NCBI GenBank assembly: GCA_009778865.1
Contig: WRFJ01000001.1
Span: 1-26,765, forward strand
Origin: Chloroflexota bacterium
GTDB lineage: Bacteria; Chloroflexota; Dehalococcoidia; Dehalococcoidales; WRFJ01
Reading direction: 5' to 3'
Length of the DNA stretch: 26,765 nt
Under the pieces are notes generated by a model. That model worked only from the letters and a program-made list of their open reading frames with translations. It was not told where the DNA came from and searched no databases. The translations under genes were made by a program, and so were the position numbers. Below are positions 18,447 through 26,765 of the stretch, piece after piece. The stretch's first letter is position 1; every line of letters starts with the position of its first letter.

Positions 18447-18722
18447 ATGGCTGATTTTTTTCGTATTCTAATCGACATGATACGCATATTGCTGCAAATA
18501 TATGCTTTTATAATTGTAGCTAGAGTTTTTGTTTCTTATTTTGTATCCAAACAAAACGCTTCTACAGCTTTTATTTACCGTATTACCGAGCCACCTTTAA
18601 AGCTTTTCCGTAAGCTTTTGCCTTATAATAAAAGAGGTATAGACTGGTCTCCTTTGCTGGTACTTATAGCTATAGTTATCGCATCTCTTTTACTGTATTC
18701 TCTGAAAAATGCTATAAGCTAG
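18447..18722 (+). CDS. yggT: YggT-family membrane protein
   Basis: YRITEPPL..FRK.LP...IDWSPLL motif; follows proC as is common. Confidence 0.9.
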   Translation: MADFFRILIDMIRILLQIYAFIIVARVFVSYFVSKQNASTAFIYRITEPPLKLFRKLLPYNKRGIDWSPLLVLIAIVIASLLLYSLKNAIS

Positions 18723-18776
18723 AAACAAGACTAAATAAAATAAATATGTTAATATAAGCAAAAGAAAGGGATAAAG

Positions 18777-19277
18777 TTGAGCTGGCTTGATATTGTTATA
18801 ATCATTATATTGGCTCTGTCAGCTTTAGGCGGTTTACGCAAAGGCCTAATTCAAATGGTCTTTACACTAGCCGGCGTATCGTTGGGAATTTTTCTGGCCG
18901 GCCGTTTTTATGAAACGGCCGCTGGTTGGTTGACTTTTATTACGAATACAGACTTAGCCAACGTAGTAGCTTTTATATTGATTCTGCTGGTAGTGCTGGT
19001 GGTCTGCCTTATAATAGCGCACTTTTTGGCCAAACTAGCCAACATCACTCTTATGGGCGTAATTAACCGCCTGGGCGGTGCTTTATTCGGAATTTTCCTA
19101 GCCAGTATTATTATAGCGGCTATTTTGGCTATAATTACTAAATATACACCTTGGGATGTAGTAGTCAACTCCTTTATAGCTAAATTATTATTAGGCTATT
19201 TCCCGCTGGTTTTGGGACTTTTACCGAAAAGCTTTCAAAGTATTAAAGATTTTTTCACCACACCGATTATAACCTAA
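18777..19277 (+). CDS. cvpA: CvpA-family (colicin V production) membrane protein
   Basis: WLDIVII...G.RKGLI, NRLGGALFG and four TM helices. Confidence 0.9.
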   Translation: MSWLDIVIIIILALSALGGLRKGLIQMVFTLAGVSLGIFLAGRFYETAAGWLTFITNTDLANVVAFILILLVVLVVCLIIAHFLAKLANITLMGVINRLGGALFGIFLASIIIAAILAIITKYTPWDVVVNSFIAKLLLGYFPLVLGLLPKSFQSIKDFFTTPIIT

Positions 19278-19283
19278 AATTCT

Positions 19284-19334
19284 ATATCATAAAACAACCG
19301 CCGATTATAAAAATCGGCGGTTGTTTTATGATAT
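19284..19334. terminator. Bidirectional terminator between convergent cvpA and ferredoxin
   Basis: Perfect 23-bp inverted repeat (19284-19306 / 19312-19334), 5-nt loop. Confidence 0.88.
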
Positions 19335-19346
19335 TCTTAGTGTAAT

Positions 19347-19595
19347 TTATTCGTCTTCTATACGAGCCTTTTTGGCACGCAACTCTTCTTCGGTTTCTTT
19401 GTGCTCGGGATCTAGGACACAACAGTCTACCGGGCAAATCTCCACACAATGAGGCACATCGGCAGTATCAATGCACTCTATGCAACGGGCGGGGTCAACA
19501 ACATAGATAATTTCTTCTTCAGTTATAGCATTCGTCGGGCATTCGGCAACACAAGCATCACAATTAATACATTCCTCGGTAATTTTATAAGCCAT
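19347..19595 (-). CDS. 2[4Fe-4S] ferredoxin, YfhL/Alvin type
   Basis: CINCDACVAECP and CIEC-x8-CVEICPVDC with a C-terminal helix (ETEEELRAK). Confidence 0.93.
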   Translation of the reverse strand: MAYKITEECINCDACVAECPTNAITEEEIIYVVDPARCIECIDTADVPHCVEICPVDCCVLDPEHKETEEELRAKKARIEDE

Positions 19596-19689
19596 TTTTG
19601 TTTTTTAAAAACCTCCAAAGACAACGGTTTTTAGCCGTTAAAGTCCGTTAGTTAAAATAATATTAGCGATATTTTTTACAAAAAGCAAA

Positions 19690-20169
19690 TTAATCGCCCG
19701 TTTTATTTATTAAAGCCATACTTACGCAAAATGGCACCAACTGACTAATATCGGCCCCTAATTTATAAACTTCCTTTAATAAGCTGGAAGAAAGAAATTG
19801 AAAAGCCGGAGAAGACATAAAACATACCATTTCCAAATCTTCATCCAAACGCTTATTCATCATAGCCATATTAAATTCATGTTCAAAATCACCACCGAAA
19901 CGTAGACCGCGTACTATAACTTGGGCTCCTACTTCACGAGCAAACTCTACTGTCAATCCGCTATATTTTTGCACAGTGACATTGGTCAGATCTTTTAAAG
20001 CCTCTTTAGCTAAAGCTACACGTTCGTCAGTACTAAAAAGTACCTTTTTATCCGGTTTTTCATAAACACCAATCACTATTTGGCTAAAGACGCGGGAGGC
20101 ACGCCTAGCTACATCTACATGTCCACAGGTAATGGGGTCAAAAGTGCCGGGATAAGCTGCAATAGTCAT
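19690..20169 (-). CDS. coaD: Phosphopantetheine adenylyltransferase
   Basis: YPGTFDPITCGH, RGLR...DFEHE and SSSLLKE. Confidence 0.96.
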   Translation of the reverse strand: MTIAAYPGTFDPITCGHVDVARRASRVFSQIVIGVYEKPDKKVLFSTDERVALAKEALKDLTNVTVQKYSGLTVEFAREVGAQVIVRGLRFGGDFEHEFNMAMMNKRLDEDLEMVCFMSSPAFQFLSSSLLKEVYKLGADISQLVPFCVSMALINKTGD

Positions 20170-20724
20170 TTAATTTTCTTCCACCTTTTTATAAATTGAA
20201 ATCAGGCTATCGCCGTGACGGGTATGTTTTACTTGTTTAAAAGGCCCGTATTGATTGCTTAAATTTTGGCGTACGGAGTGATTAACTACCAAAATAGTAT
20301 CGTCTTTTACTAAATGCGAAGATAGAAGTCTGTTTAAAAACTCATCTAATTCTTCTTTGCGATAAGGCGGATCCATCACTATCACGTCAAAGGGTTCTTT
20401 TAAAATGTTAAAAGCTTTTTCCACTCGTACACTAAGTACTTGAGCACGATTTTCTACGCCGGCATTTTGCAAGTTTTCTTTAATAACGCCACAAGTAGGA
20501 CCGTTGAGTTCCACAAAAGTAGCATGAGCAAAACCGCGTGAAATAGCCTCTAAACCCAAAGCTCCCGAACCAGCAAACAAATCCAACACTTGACCCATAG
20601 ACGGGTCAAGATGTTCTAACATAGAAAACATGGCACCGCGTACCAGCTCAGTAGCCGGCCTAGTAGACAGGCGTTTAGGAGTTTTAATATTGAAGCCTTT
20701 TAGACTGCCGCTGATAATGCGCAA
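20170..20724 (-). CDS. rsmD: 16S rRNA m2G966 methyltransferase RsmD
   Basis: MRIISG, RPATELVRGAMF, LDLFAGSGALGLEAISRG and DPPY. Confidence 0.94.
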   Translation of the reverse strand: MRIISGSLKGFNIKTPKRLSTRPATELVRGAMFSMLEHLDPSMGQVLDLFAGSGALGLEAISRGFAHATFVELNGPTCGVIKENLQNAGVENRAQVLSVRVEKAFNILKEPFDVIVMDPPYRKEELDEFLNRLLSSHLVKDDTILVVNHSVRQNLSNQYGPFKQVKHTRHGDSLISIYKKVEEN

Positions 20725-21028
20725 AATTTACTCCCTAATCTTTTAAGAACAATGATAAAGCCGTTATCTATTATATAACTGCTACGCCGTTAAATAAAAG
20801 CTGTAATATATCTAAAATACCCTAATGAAATTGGCATATGCCCATAAAAAAGGTTAAAACCGACTCTTTTTACTCCCAAAAACCTTTTTTAGCTTTAATG
20901 GTAATTTGATAAATGTCTTTTAAGTTGCTATCCTATTATACAGGATGGTATGTTCCCACAAGGCCATAGCCTATGGTATATTATGGGGAATTTGTGTATA
21001 ATCCAACATTTAGGAGGGTTACGGCATT

Positions 21029-24000
21029 ATGATCCAATCAATCACGAGGAGGGATTTCCTGAAAGTCAGCGGTGGTTTCACTGGCTTGTTTGCCACAGCC
21101 GGCCTTCTCGCCAACACTTCGGAACTTTCCGATTTGCGTATGGTAGATCGACGCCCCAAATGGAACAAGGAAACCAAAACTATTTGTCCTTTTGATTCAT
21201 GCAATTGCGGACAAATTTGCTATACTGACGATAAAGGTAATTTGGTAAACATTGAGGGCGATCCGGATAACCCACTGAATAGAGGTGCCGCTTGTGCCAA
21301 GGGCGCCAGCCTTATTGAAGTACACAACGGTTCTGATTTTGGAACGATAAACTCTAATCGTGTACAAAAAGTTAAATATCGTGCCAGCGGTGCTGCCGAC
21401 TGGACCGAGCTTAGCTTTGATGACGCTATCAATAAAATCTCCGATAAGATAAAAGCTACCAGAGATGCTGGTTTTACTACTACTGATAGTAGTGGTAATA
21501 CTGTTAACAGATGTGAATCTATCGCCTGCTTTGGCGGTGCTACACTCTTCAATGAAGAATGTCATATGATATCCAAGGCCATGCGCGCTTTAGGTTTGGT
21601 ATTTATGGACAGCCAAGACAGATACGACAGTGCTGCTGCCGATTTTGCTGTTTGGGCAGCTTTGGGCAACTACGGCTCTTCCAACAATTGGACCGATATC
21701 GCCAATACCAATTGCATCTTGGTTTTTGGCGCTTCGCCAATGGAGTCCTATCCGGCTTGCGTCTCTTATATTACCCATGCTACCGAGCAATGTAATGCCG
21801 CTCTTATATGTGTAGACCCGCGTTTTTCACGCACAGCTGCCAAGGCTGATGTTTACGTACCTATGAGAAACGGTGCTGATTTGGTATTTTTGGGTGGTTT
21901 GATACGTTATATTTTAAACCATATTGAAGAAACTCCAGAGGCTTTTAATATGGAGTATTTAATTAATTACACTAACATTGCAGCACTAGTCAGCTCCGAT
22001 TATAAAGGTCCGGATGATCTTGACGGCCTATTCAGCGGTTACAACAGTATCACTAAAACTTATAATAAATCTACTTGGTCTTTCCAGACCGATAGTTCCG
22101 GTAATATCTTAAAAGACACCTCATTGCAAAATTCCGACTGTGTTTTTCAAATTATGAAAAAACACTACAGCAGATACTCAGTACAAGTGGTTAATGAGAC
22201 TACCGGTGCCGACCCCTCTTTGATAAACGAAACTTATGCTTTGTTTACTGCTACTGGCACATCAGACAAAAGCGGTACTATTATTCACTCCATGGGCGCT
22301 ACTCAACACACTGTGGGAGCTCAGATTATTCACGCTTTCTCTATTATCCAATTGCTTTTGGGCAATATGGGTATGGCCGGCGGCGGTATACATACTATAC
22401 GCGGTGAGGGCAACTCTCAAGGCTCTTCCGACTTTGGTTTAAGTGTTGACTATTTGCCTGGTTATCTCAAAACCCCGATAGCTACCGATAGTAACATAGA
22501 CACTTATATTGCCCGTACAGCCAACGTTGCAGAAGCAGCCACTAAAAAAGCGGCTTTAATATCCTTACTTAAGTCTTGGTTCGGCAATAAAGCTGCGGCC
22601 AATAATGATTTTGCTTTCAACTATCTGCCCAAGATGGATCCAGATAAAAATTATACTGCTGTTAATGTTTTCGAATATATGGCTCAAGATAACAGCGTCC
22701 AAGGTGCTTTGGTCTTTGGTCAAAACCTAGCGGTTTCCTCTATGCACCAAAAATATGTTTTCGCCGGTCTGGATAAGCTTGATTGGCTGGTAGTAGCCGA
22801 TAAATGGGAAAATGAAACCGCATCTTTTTGGAAACGGCCTGGTGCTCCCTATGCAAATATTAAAACAGAAGTTTTCTTAATTCCCACTGCTGCCTCTATG
22901 GAAAAAGATGGCTCCACTACTAACAGCGCCCGCCTTATACAGTGGTCTTATAAAGCTGTTGATGCTCCTGGCGATGCTAAGAGCGAATTTGACATCATTA
23001 AAGCTTTAGTGGGCCAGATTAAGTCTAGATACAGCGGCAGTGCTAATGCTGCTGCCATTAACGACTTAACATGGAATTACACCAATACTCAGGCTGCTTT
23101 AGCCGAAATTAACGGAACAGCTGGCACCAGCCAACTCACTCGTCCCTCACAGCTGCGTGAGGATGGCTCTACAGCTTGCGGAAACTATCAATATATCGGT
23201 GTTTATGTAGGTTCTGCCGGTTTAGATACTTTTGAACAGGACAATATCGGCATGTTCCCCAGTGGTTACGTTGGTAATCGCGCTACCCGCACTTATACTA
23301 AAGACGTAGCTAGCAATGGTGCTAGCAGTTCTTTGGGTCTATATTCTTACTACGGCTATGCTTGGCCGCAAAATCAACGCATTTTAAACAACCGAGCTTC
23401 GGTCAACTTAAGCGGCCGTCCTTTTAACAGTAAAAAAGCTGTTATAAGTTATGAAAACGATACTTGGGTGGGCGATAAAACCACTACCGGTGCTCCTGCT
23501 GAAGAAAGCGGCATATTACCTTTTGTTAATATGTCAGATGGTGTAGCACAAACTTATTGTACTAATTTTGCCGATGGACCGTTGCCAGAACATTACGAGC
23601 CTTGGGAAACTCCCTTAACAACTAACCCCCTTTCTAAACAGCTAAACAATCCTTTACTGTTTGATCTTAAAGGCAATAAAAATCCCAAAGGTTCTTTTAA
23701 TTCTTATCCGATAGTAGCCACTACTTGCCGCACGACCGAGCACAGTATGGACGGTCAGAGCACCCGCAATATGAACTGGCTGGTAGAGATGATGCCCGAA
23801 GCTTTTGTGGAAATATCTAAAGAATTGGCTGCCAGTTTAAATGTAGACAGCGGCGATATGGTAAGAATTACTTCTGCCCGCAACTCAATAACCGTGCGAG
23901 CCATGGTTACCGCCCGCTTAAAACCAATGACCATCTCGGGTCTTGCTACTAAACTAAACATCGTATCTTTGCCTTGGCACTGGGGATTTATGGGAAAAGC

Positions 24001-24103
24001 TACCGGCGGCAGTGCTGCTTCGTTAGCTCCGGCTGTAGCTGATGCCAATGGTTATACTCCTGAATATAAAGCCTTCCTGGTTAAAATAGAGAAGGTGGTA
24101 TAA
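21029..24103 (+). CDS. omeA: Tat-exported FdnG/OmeA-like molybdopterin oxidoreductase catalytic subunit (complex iron-sulfur molybdoenzyme), atypical active site
   Basis: TRRDFLK Tat motif, N-terminal Fe-S region, GATQHTVG, RGEGNSQG, EKDGS.TNSAR..QW, C-terminal RTTEH...PEAFVEIS and PEYKAFLV. RBS aggagg. The symbol is inferred from the operon layout. Confidence 0.88.
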   Translation: MIQSITRRDFLKVSGGFTGLFATAGLLANTSELSDLRMVDRRPKWNKETKTICPFDSCNCGQICYTDDKGNLVNIEGDPDNPLNRGAACAKGASLIEVHNGSDFGTINSNRVQKVKYRASGAADWTELSFDDAINKISDKIKATRDAGFTTTDSSGNTVNRCESIACFGGATLFNEECHMISKAMRALGLVFMDSQDRYDSAAADFAVWAALGNYGSSNNWTDIANTNCILVFGASPMESYPACVSYITHATEQCNAALICVDPRFSRTAAKADVYVPMRNGADLVFLGGLIRYILNHIEETPEAFNMEYLINYTNIAALVSSDYKGPDDLDGLFSGYNSITKTYNKSTWSFQTDSSGNILKDTSLQNSDCVFQIMKKHYSRYSVQVVNETTGADPSLINETYALFTATGTSDKSGTIIHSMGATQHTVGAQIIHAFSIIQLLLGNMGMAGGGIHTIRGEGNSQGSSDFGLSVDYLPGYLKTPIATDSNIDTYIARTANVAEAATKKAALISLLKSWFGNKAAANNDFAFNYLPKMDPDKNYTAVNVFEYMAQDNSVQGALVFGQNLAVSSMHQKYVFAGLDKLDWLVVADKWENETASFWKRPGAPYANIKTEVFLIPTAASMEKDGSTTNSARLIQWSYKAVDAPGDAKSEFDIIKALVGQIKSRYSGSANAAAINDLTWNYTNTQAALAEINGTAGTSQLTRPSQLREDGSTACGNYQYIGVYVGSAGLDTFEQDNIGMFPSGYVGNRATRTYTKDVASNGASSSLGLYSYYGYAWPQNQRILNNRASVNLSGRPFNSKKAVISYENDTWVGDKTTTGAPAEESGILPFVNMSDGVAQTYCTNFADGPLPEHYEPWETPLTTNPLSKQLNNPLLFDLKGNKNPKGSFNSYPIVATTCRTTEHSMDGQSTRNMNWLVEMMPEAFVEISKELAASLNVDSGDMVRITSARNSITVRAMVTARLKPMTISGLATKLNIVSLPWHWGFMGKATGGSAASLAPAVADANGYTPEYKAFLVKIEKVV

Positions 24104-24105
24104 AG

Positions 24106-25314
24106 ATGACCGCTATTAAGAATTTTTTAAACAAAATTAATAACTCCGGTGCCAAAAATATCCCGCTTTTTACCAAATGGAGTATTTTACAGACTATTTT
24201 GGCCGGCGGGGCTTTAGTGGTTATTATTCTTAAGCTGTGTAGCGGCTTAGAGTTAGTTACTAATTTGAACGATGAATGGCCTTGGGGTTTGTGGGTAGCC
24301 TTTGACGTAGGTATTTTAATTGCCACAGCAGCCGCTGGCTTTACTTTGGCAGCTATTGTTTATGTATTCCAAATAGAAAAATTTAAGCCGCTAGTACGGC
24401 CGGCAATTTTGATAGGCACCCTTTTCTACACCATTGCCGCTATTGGTATTGCTGTAGACTTGGGTCGCTCATGGCTGATTGTTCACCCCTTATGGAAATG
24501 GAACCACGAATCCATCATGTTTGAGGTGGGTTGGTGCGTGATGTGTTATTTGACGGTATTGTATTTGGAGTTCTCACATAATCTTTTTGAGAGATTTCAT
24601 CTTAAATTTGCCGAGAAAGTTCATCATGCCGTCTTTATCCCACTGGTTTTTGCTGGTATATGCTTTTCTTTCTTGCATCAGTCTTCTTTGGGTGCTCTTT
24701 TTCTCATCGCCCCTCAACAGCAGCCGTTATGGCATGATCCGGAATCAGGCTATATGTTCTTTGTCTCGGCTATTGCCTTGGGCCTAGCAGTACTGACAAT
24801 ATTCAGTGTGGTTACAGCCAAGGCATGGAAAATGACGCTACGGATGGATATATTACCCAAGATCGGACTGATAGCAGCCTGGGTGCTGCTTGGTTATCTG
24901 GCATTCCGTTTCTTTGGTCTTATCCATACCGGTAATATTTCGGCTTTTGCATTTGACGAATTTGGCTTAATGTTCTTTATAGAAATAGGCATAGGCATGA
25001 TATTACCCATGATCTTGCTGTTCATGCCCAAAATTCGCAAAAATCTTACCGGTTTGTTAACAGCTTCCGGCTTTATTGTGCTGGGCATAGCTGTCAACCG
25101 CTTTATGACTCTTATTGTTTCACACGCCGGGTGGCGACATGCCCCTTATTTCCCGTCCGGTACCGAACTTTTATTTACTTTAGGTCTTATTTGCGGTGCA
25201 ATGCTAGTCTATCGCATTGCAGCTAAATACCTGCCTCTTTATACAGAACACTATAATGGTATTCCTAACGCTACCCAAGAAAATCATCCCGAAGTAGTTT
25301 ACGAAACTAAGTAA
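24106..25314 (+). CDS. omeB: HybB/NrfD-family integral membrane subunit (OmeB-like)
   Basis: TNLNDEWPWGLWVAFD, LVRPA, DLGR, S.MFEV..C and HQSSLGAL; about 10 TM helices. Confidence 0.88.
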   Translation: MTAIKNFLNKINNSGAKNIPLFTKWSILQTILAGGALVVIILKLCSGLELVTNLNDEWPWGLWVAFDVGILIATAAAGFTLAAIVYVFQIEKFKPLVRPAILIGTLFYTIAAIGIAVDLGRSWLIVHPLWKWNHESIMFEVGWCVMCYLTVLYLEFSHNLFERFHLKFAEKVHHAVFIPLVFAGICFSFLHQSSLGALFLIAPQQQPLWHDPESGYMFFVSAIALGLAVLTIFSVVTAKAWKMTLRMDILPKIGLIAAWVLLGYLAFRFFGLIHTGNISAFAFDEFGLMFFIEIGIGMILPMILLFMPKIRKNLTGLLTASGFIVLGIAVNRFMTLIVSHAGWRHAPYFPSGTELLFTLGLICGAMLVYRIAAKYLPLYTEHYNGIPNATQENHPEVVYETK

Positions 25315-26162
25315 TGCAACAGCGTATTGATAAAGCTACCGCTACTCTTAGGAGCTGGGTACAACAAAATAGCGCCTTCAAAGAAGCGGCCGATCTTTAT
25401 CAAGATATATTTGTAATTACAGAGCAGGCTTTATCTAAAATAAAGCCTGCTCTAGTTTTTTCGGCAGAGCTTGTGGCACAAACACTTAATAAGCAAATGC
25501 CCATATTGGCATCCAACCAATCCTTTCCCATAGACCCCAAAGATTTTAGAGATATAACCACGCAAATAGGAGAGGCTTTTAGTAGAGCCTCTCAAAAAGA
25601 ATTCCCTTATCAAAAACTTTTGGCTTTGCCGCAGTTTAGTGATGAGAATCTAGCCAATTTACTGCCTTTGTTGCTGCAAAATCAAACCGATTTTATAGTC
25701 GATTTTGCCCAAAACAGCAGTTACAATCTGGAGGCTGTTTATCTTTATGTACAAAGCATTATAACGCCCTTCGTAACAGCTACAGCCAAACCTTACTACC
25801 AGTCAATACTACAAAAAGGTCATGGTAACGTTTGTCCATTTTGTGGCAGTGCTGCCCGCTACGCCGTGCTTACCAAAAAAAATGGCGGCCGGGAGCTGTT
25901 TTGCGCTTTATGCCACAGCCGCTGGAGCACTTTGCGCATTACTTGTTGCTACTGCGGCAATAGTGATGCCCAAACGCAAAGCATCTTTTATCTTCACAAC
26001 GATGCCGGTCGTCGCGCCGATGTATGTTTTAAGTGCCGTCGTTATATTAAAACCAGTAATGAGCGACTCCTAGGCTATGAAGTCATACCGGAAATAGAAG
26101 ACGTAATTACCATGGAGCTTGATGCTATAGCTACGAAAGAAGGTCTTAGTAAAGAAGGCTAA
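25314..26162 (+). CDS. fdhE: Formate dehydrogenase maturation protein FdhE
   Basis: CPFCGS, CALCHSRW, CCYCGN and CFKCRRYIK Cys pairs; translational coupling (TAATG). Confidence 0.9.
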   Translation: MQQRIDKATATLRSWVQQNSAFKEAADLYQDIFVITEQALSKIKPALVFSAELVAQTLNKQMPILASNQSFPIDPKDFRDITTQIGEAFSRASQKEFPYQKLLALPQFSDENLANLLPLLLQNQTDFIVDFAQNSSYNLEAVYLYVQSIITPFVTATAKPYYQSILQKGHGNVCPFCGSAARYAVLTKKNGGRELFCALCHSRWSTLRITCCYCGNSDAQTQSIFYLHNDAGRRADVCFKCRRYIKTSNERLLGYEVIPEIEDVITMELDAIATKEGLSKEG

Positions 26163-26206
26163 TAATTCACGAGTCTGCTAAGAAGACTTTTTATTTGCTA
26201 ACTTGG

Positions 26207-26235
26207 TTGACCATTTTTACAGTTATTACTATAAT
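26207..26235 (+). promoter_or_regulatory. Sigma70-type promoter for the MMPL gene
   Basis: TTGACC (26207-26212) - 17 nt - TATAAT (26230-26235). Confidence 0.75.
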
Positions 26236-26316
26236 TTAGTAACCGGTAGTCACATAGGCTCATTTGTGGCAGCTTTTTTATTATTCTTACAAAACTAAGA
26301 GAAGTGCAAAAAAACT

Positions 26317-26765
26317 ATGTTTAAAAATTTCGGGAATTTTGTTATTAAATTCCGTGTACCTATCATTATTTTTTGGATTGTTTTGGTGGCAGCATCGATA
26401 CTTTTTGCTCCTTCTCTCAGTCAAGGAAAAAATGCCGGACAAAACGAAAGCATATTCTTACCTCCCGACAGTGAATCGGTAACGGCTACCAGATTAATTA
26501 ACGAATATTTCCCATCCAATGAAGAAAGCAAAACTGATAGCTTAACTATTATTTTATTCAATGAAAAAGGCTTGAGCGATGCAAATATAGTTGTTGCTCA
26601 AAGTTTTTATGATTGGCTTATTGGTTCCGGCCCACAGGTAATAGTCTCAATTCAATCTATTTTTAACAATCCAGCTTTAAAAGACCGTTTGTTATCGCCG
26701 GACGGCACCACTATGTTAATGAATATTTACCTGGACAATTCCAGTAAAGAGGCCGTTGATCAAGC
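26317..26765 (+). CDS. MMPL/RND-family transporter, 3'-partial (absent from the ORF track)
   Basis: Open frame from ATG 26317 to the window end: MFKNFGNFVIKFRVPIIIFWIVLVAASILFAPSL...FLPPDSESVTA...LLSPDGTTML, a typical MMPL N-terminus. Confidence 0.82.
   Translation, partial: MFKNFGNFVIKFRVPIIIFWIVLVAASILFAPSLSQGKNAGQNESIFLPPDSESVTATRLINEYFPSNEESKTDSLTIILFNEKGLSDANIVVAQSFYDWLIGSGPQVIVSIQSIFNNPALKDRLLSPDGTTMLMNIYLDNSSKEAVDQ

Noticed and set aside
19347-19595. Small ferredoxin as the missing beta subunit of the molybdoenzyme
   Set aside because: It is a two-cluster YfhL type with no export context, divergently oriented and in the rsmD-coaD unit; beta subunits have four clusters.
20760-20785. 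ModE box or Moco riboswitch upstream of omeA (cgttatctattatataactg)
   Set aside because: Half-site spacing does not fit the ModE consensus, and no Moco/Wco RNA motif elements were recognisable.
20950-21204. Small ORFs overlapping the omeA start (20950+, 21019-)
   Set aside because: They overlap the well-supported RBS and Tat signal in other frames and have no motifs.
21029-24103. Selenocysteine read-through in the FDH-like gene
   Set aside because: No in-frame TGA; the ligand-position codon is GAC (Asp).
26264-26482. 72-aa plus-strand ORF
   Set aside because: Out-of-frame overlap with the real MMPL gene starting at 26317.
1-26765. CRISPR array, rRNA, integrase or prophage genes
   Set aside because: No regularly spaced repeats, rRNA-like sequence or phage/integrase ORFs were seen.

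Overview
AT-rich bacterial chromosomal window (roughly 40% GC by eye), mostly housekeeping. Gene content and order are most consistent with a Dehalococcoidia (Chloroflexota) genome; this is inference from the omeA-omeB-fdhE-type cluster next to rsmD-coaD-ferredoxin-cvpA-proC-leuS and from a DUF5667 anti-sigma factor. In order: lspA (5'-partial), rluD-like gene, a lipoprotein and gltX; a P-type IIA ATPase controlled by a yybP-ykoY (Mn2+) riboswitch; an intact IS630 with TIRs and TA duplication; an iron-sulfur flavoprotein and ybeY; tRNA-Ser(GCT) followed by a 690-bp direct-repeat-bounded mini-island carrying one lipoprotein gene, then IS3 debris; miaB, yajC and a NadC-like gene; an ECF sigma/anti-sigma pair; ispH, leuS, proC, yggT, cvpA; ferredoxin, coaD, rsmD; a Tat-exported FdnG/OmeA-like molybdoenzyme, a HybB/NrfD-like membrane subunit and FdhE; and the start of an MMPL transporter. 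Most striking: (1) the molybdoenzyme has Asp-Ser where formate dehydrogenases have Sec/Cys-His and Dehalococcoides OmeA has Ser, plus an altered first Fe-S motif (C-x2-D-x-C-x-C); (2) the NadC homologue has lost most quinolinate/PRPP-binding residues but remains full length; (3) the integrase-less single-gene cassette at tRNA-Ser.
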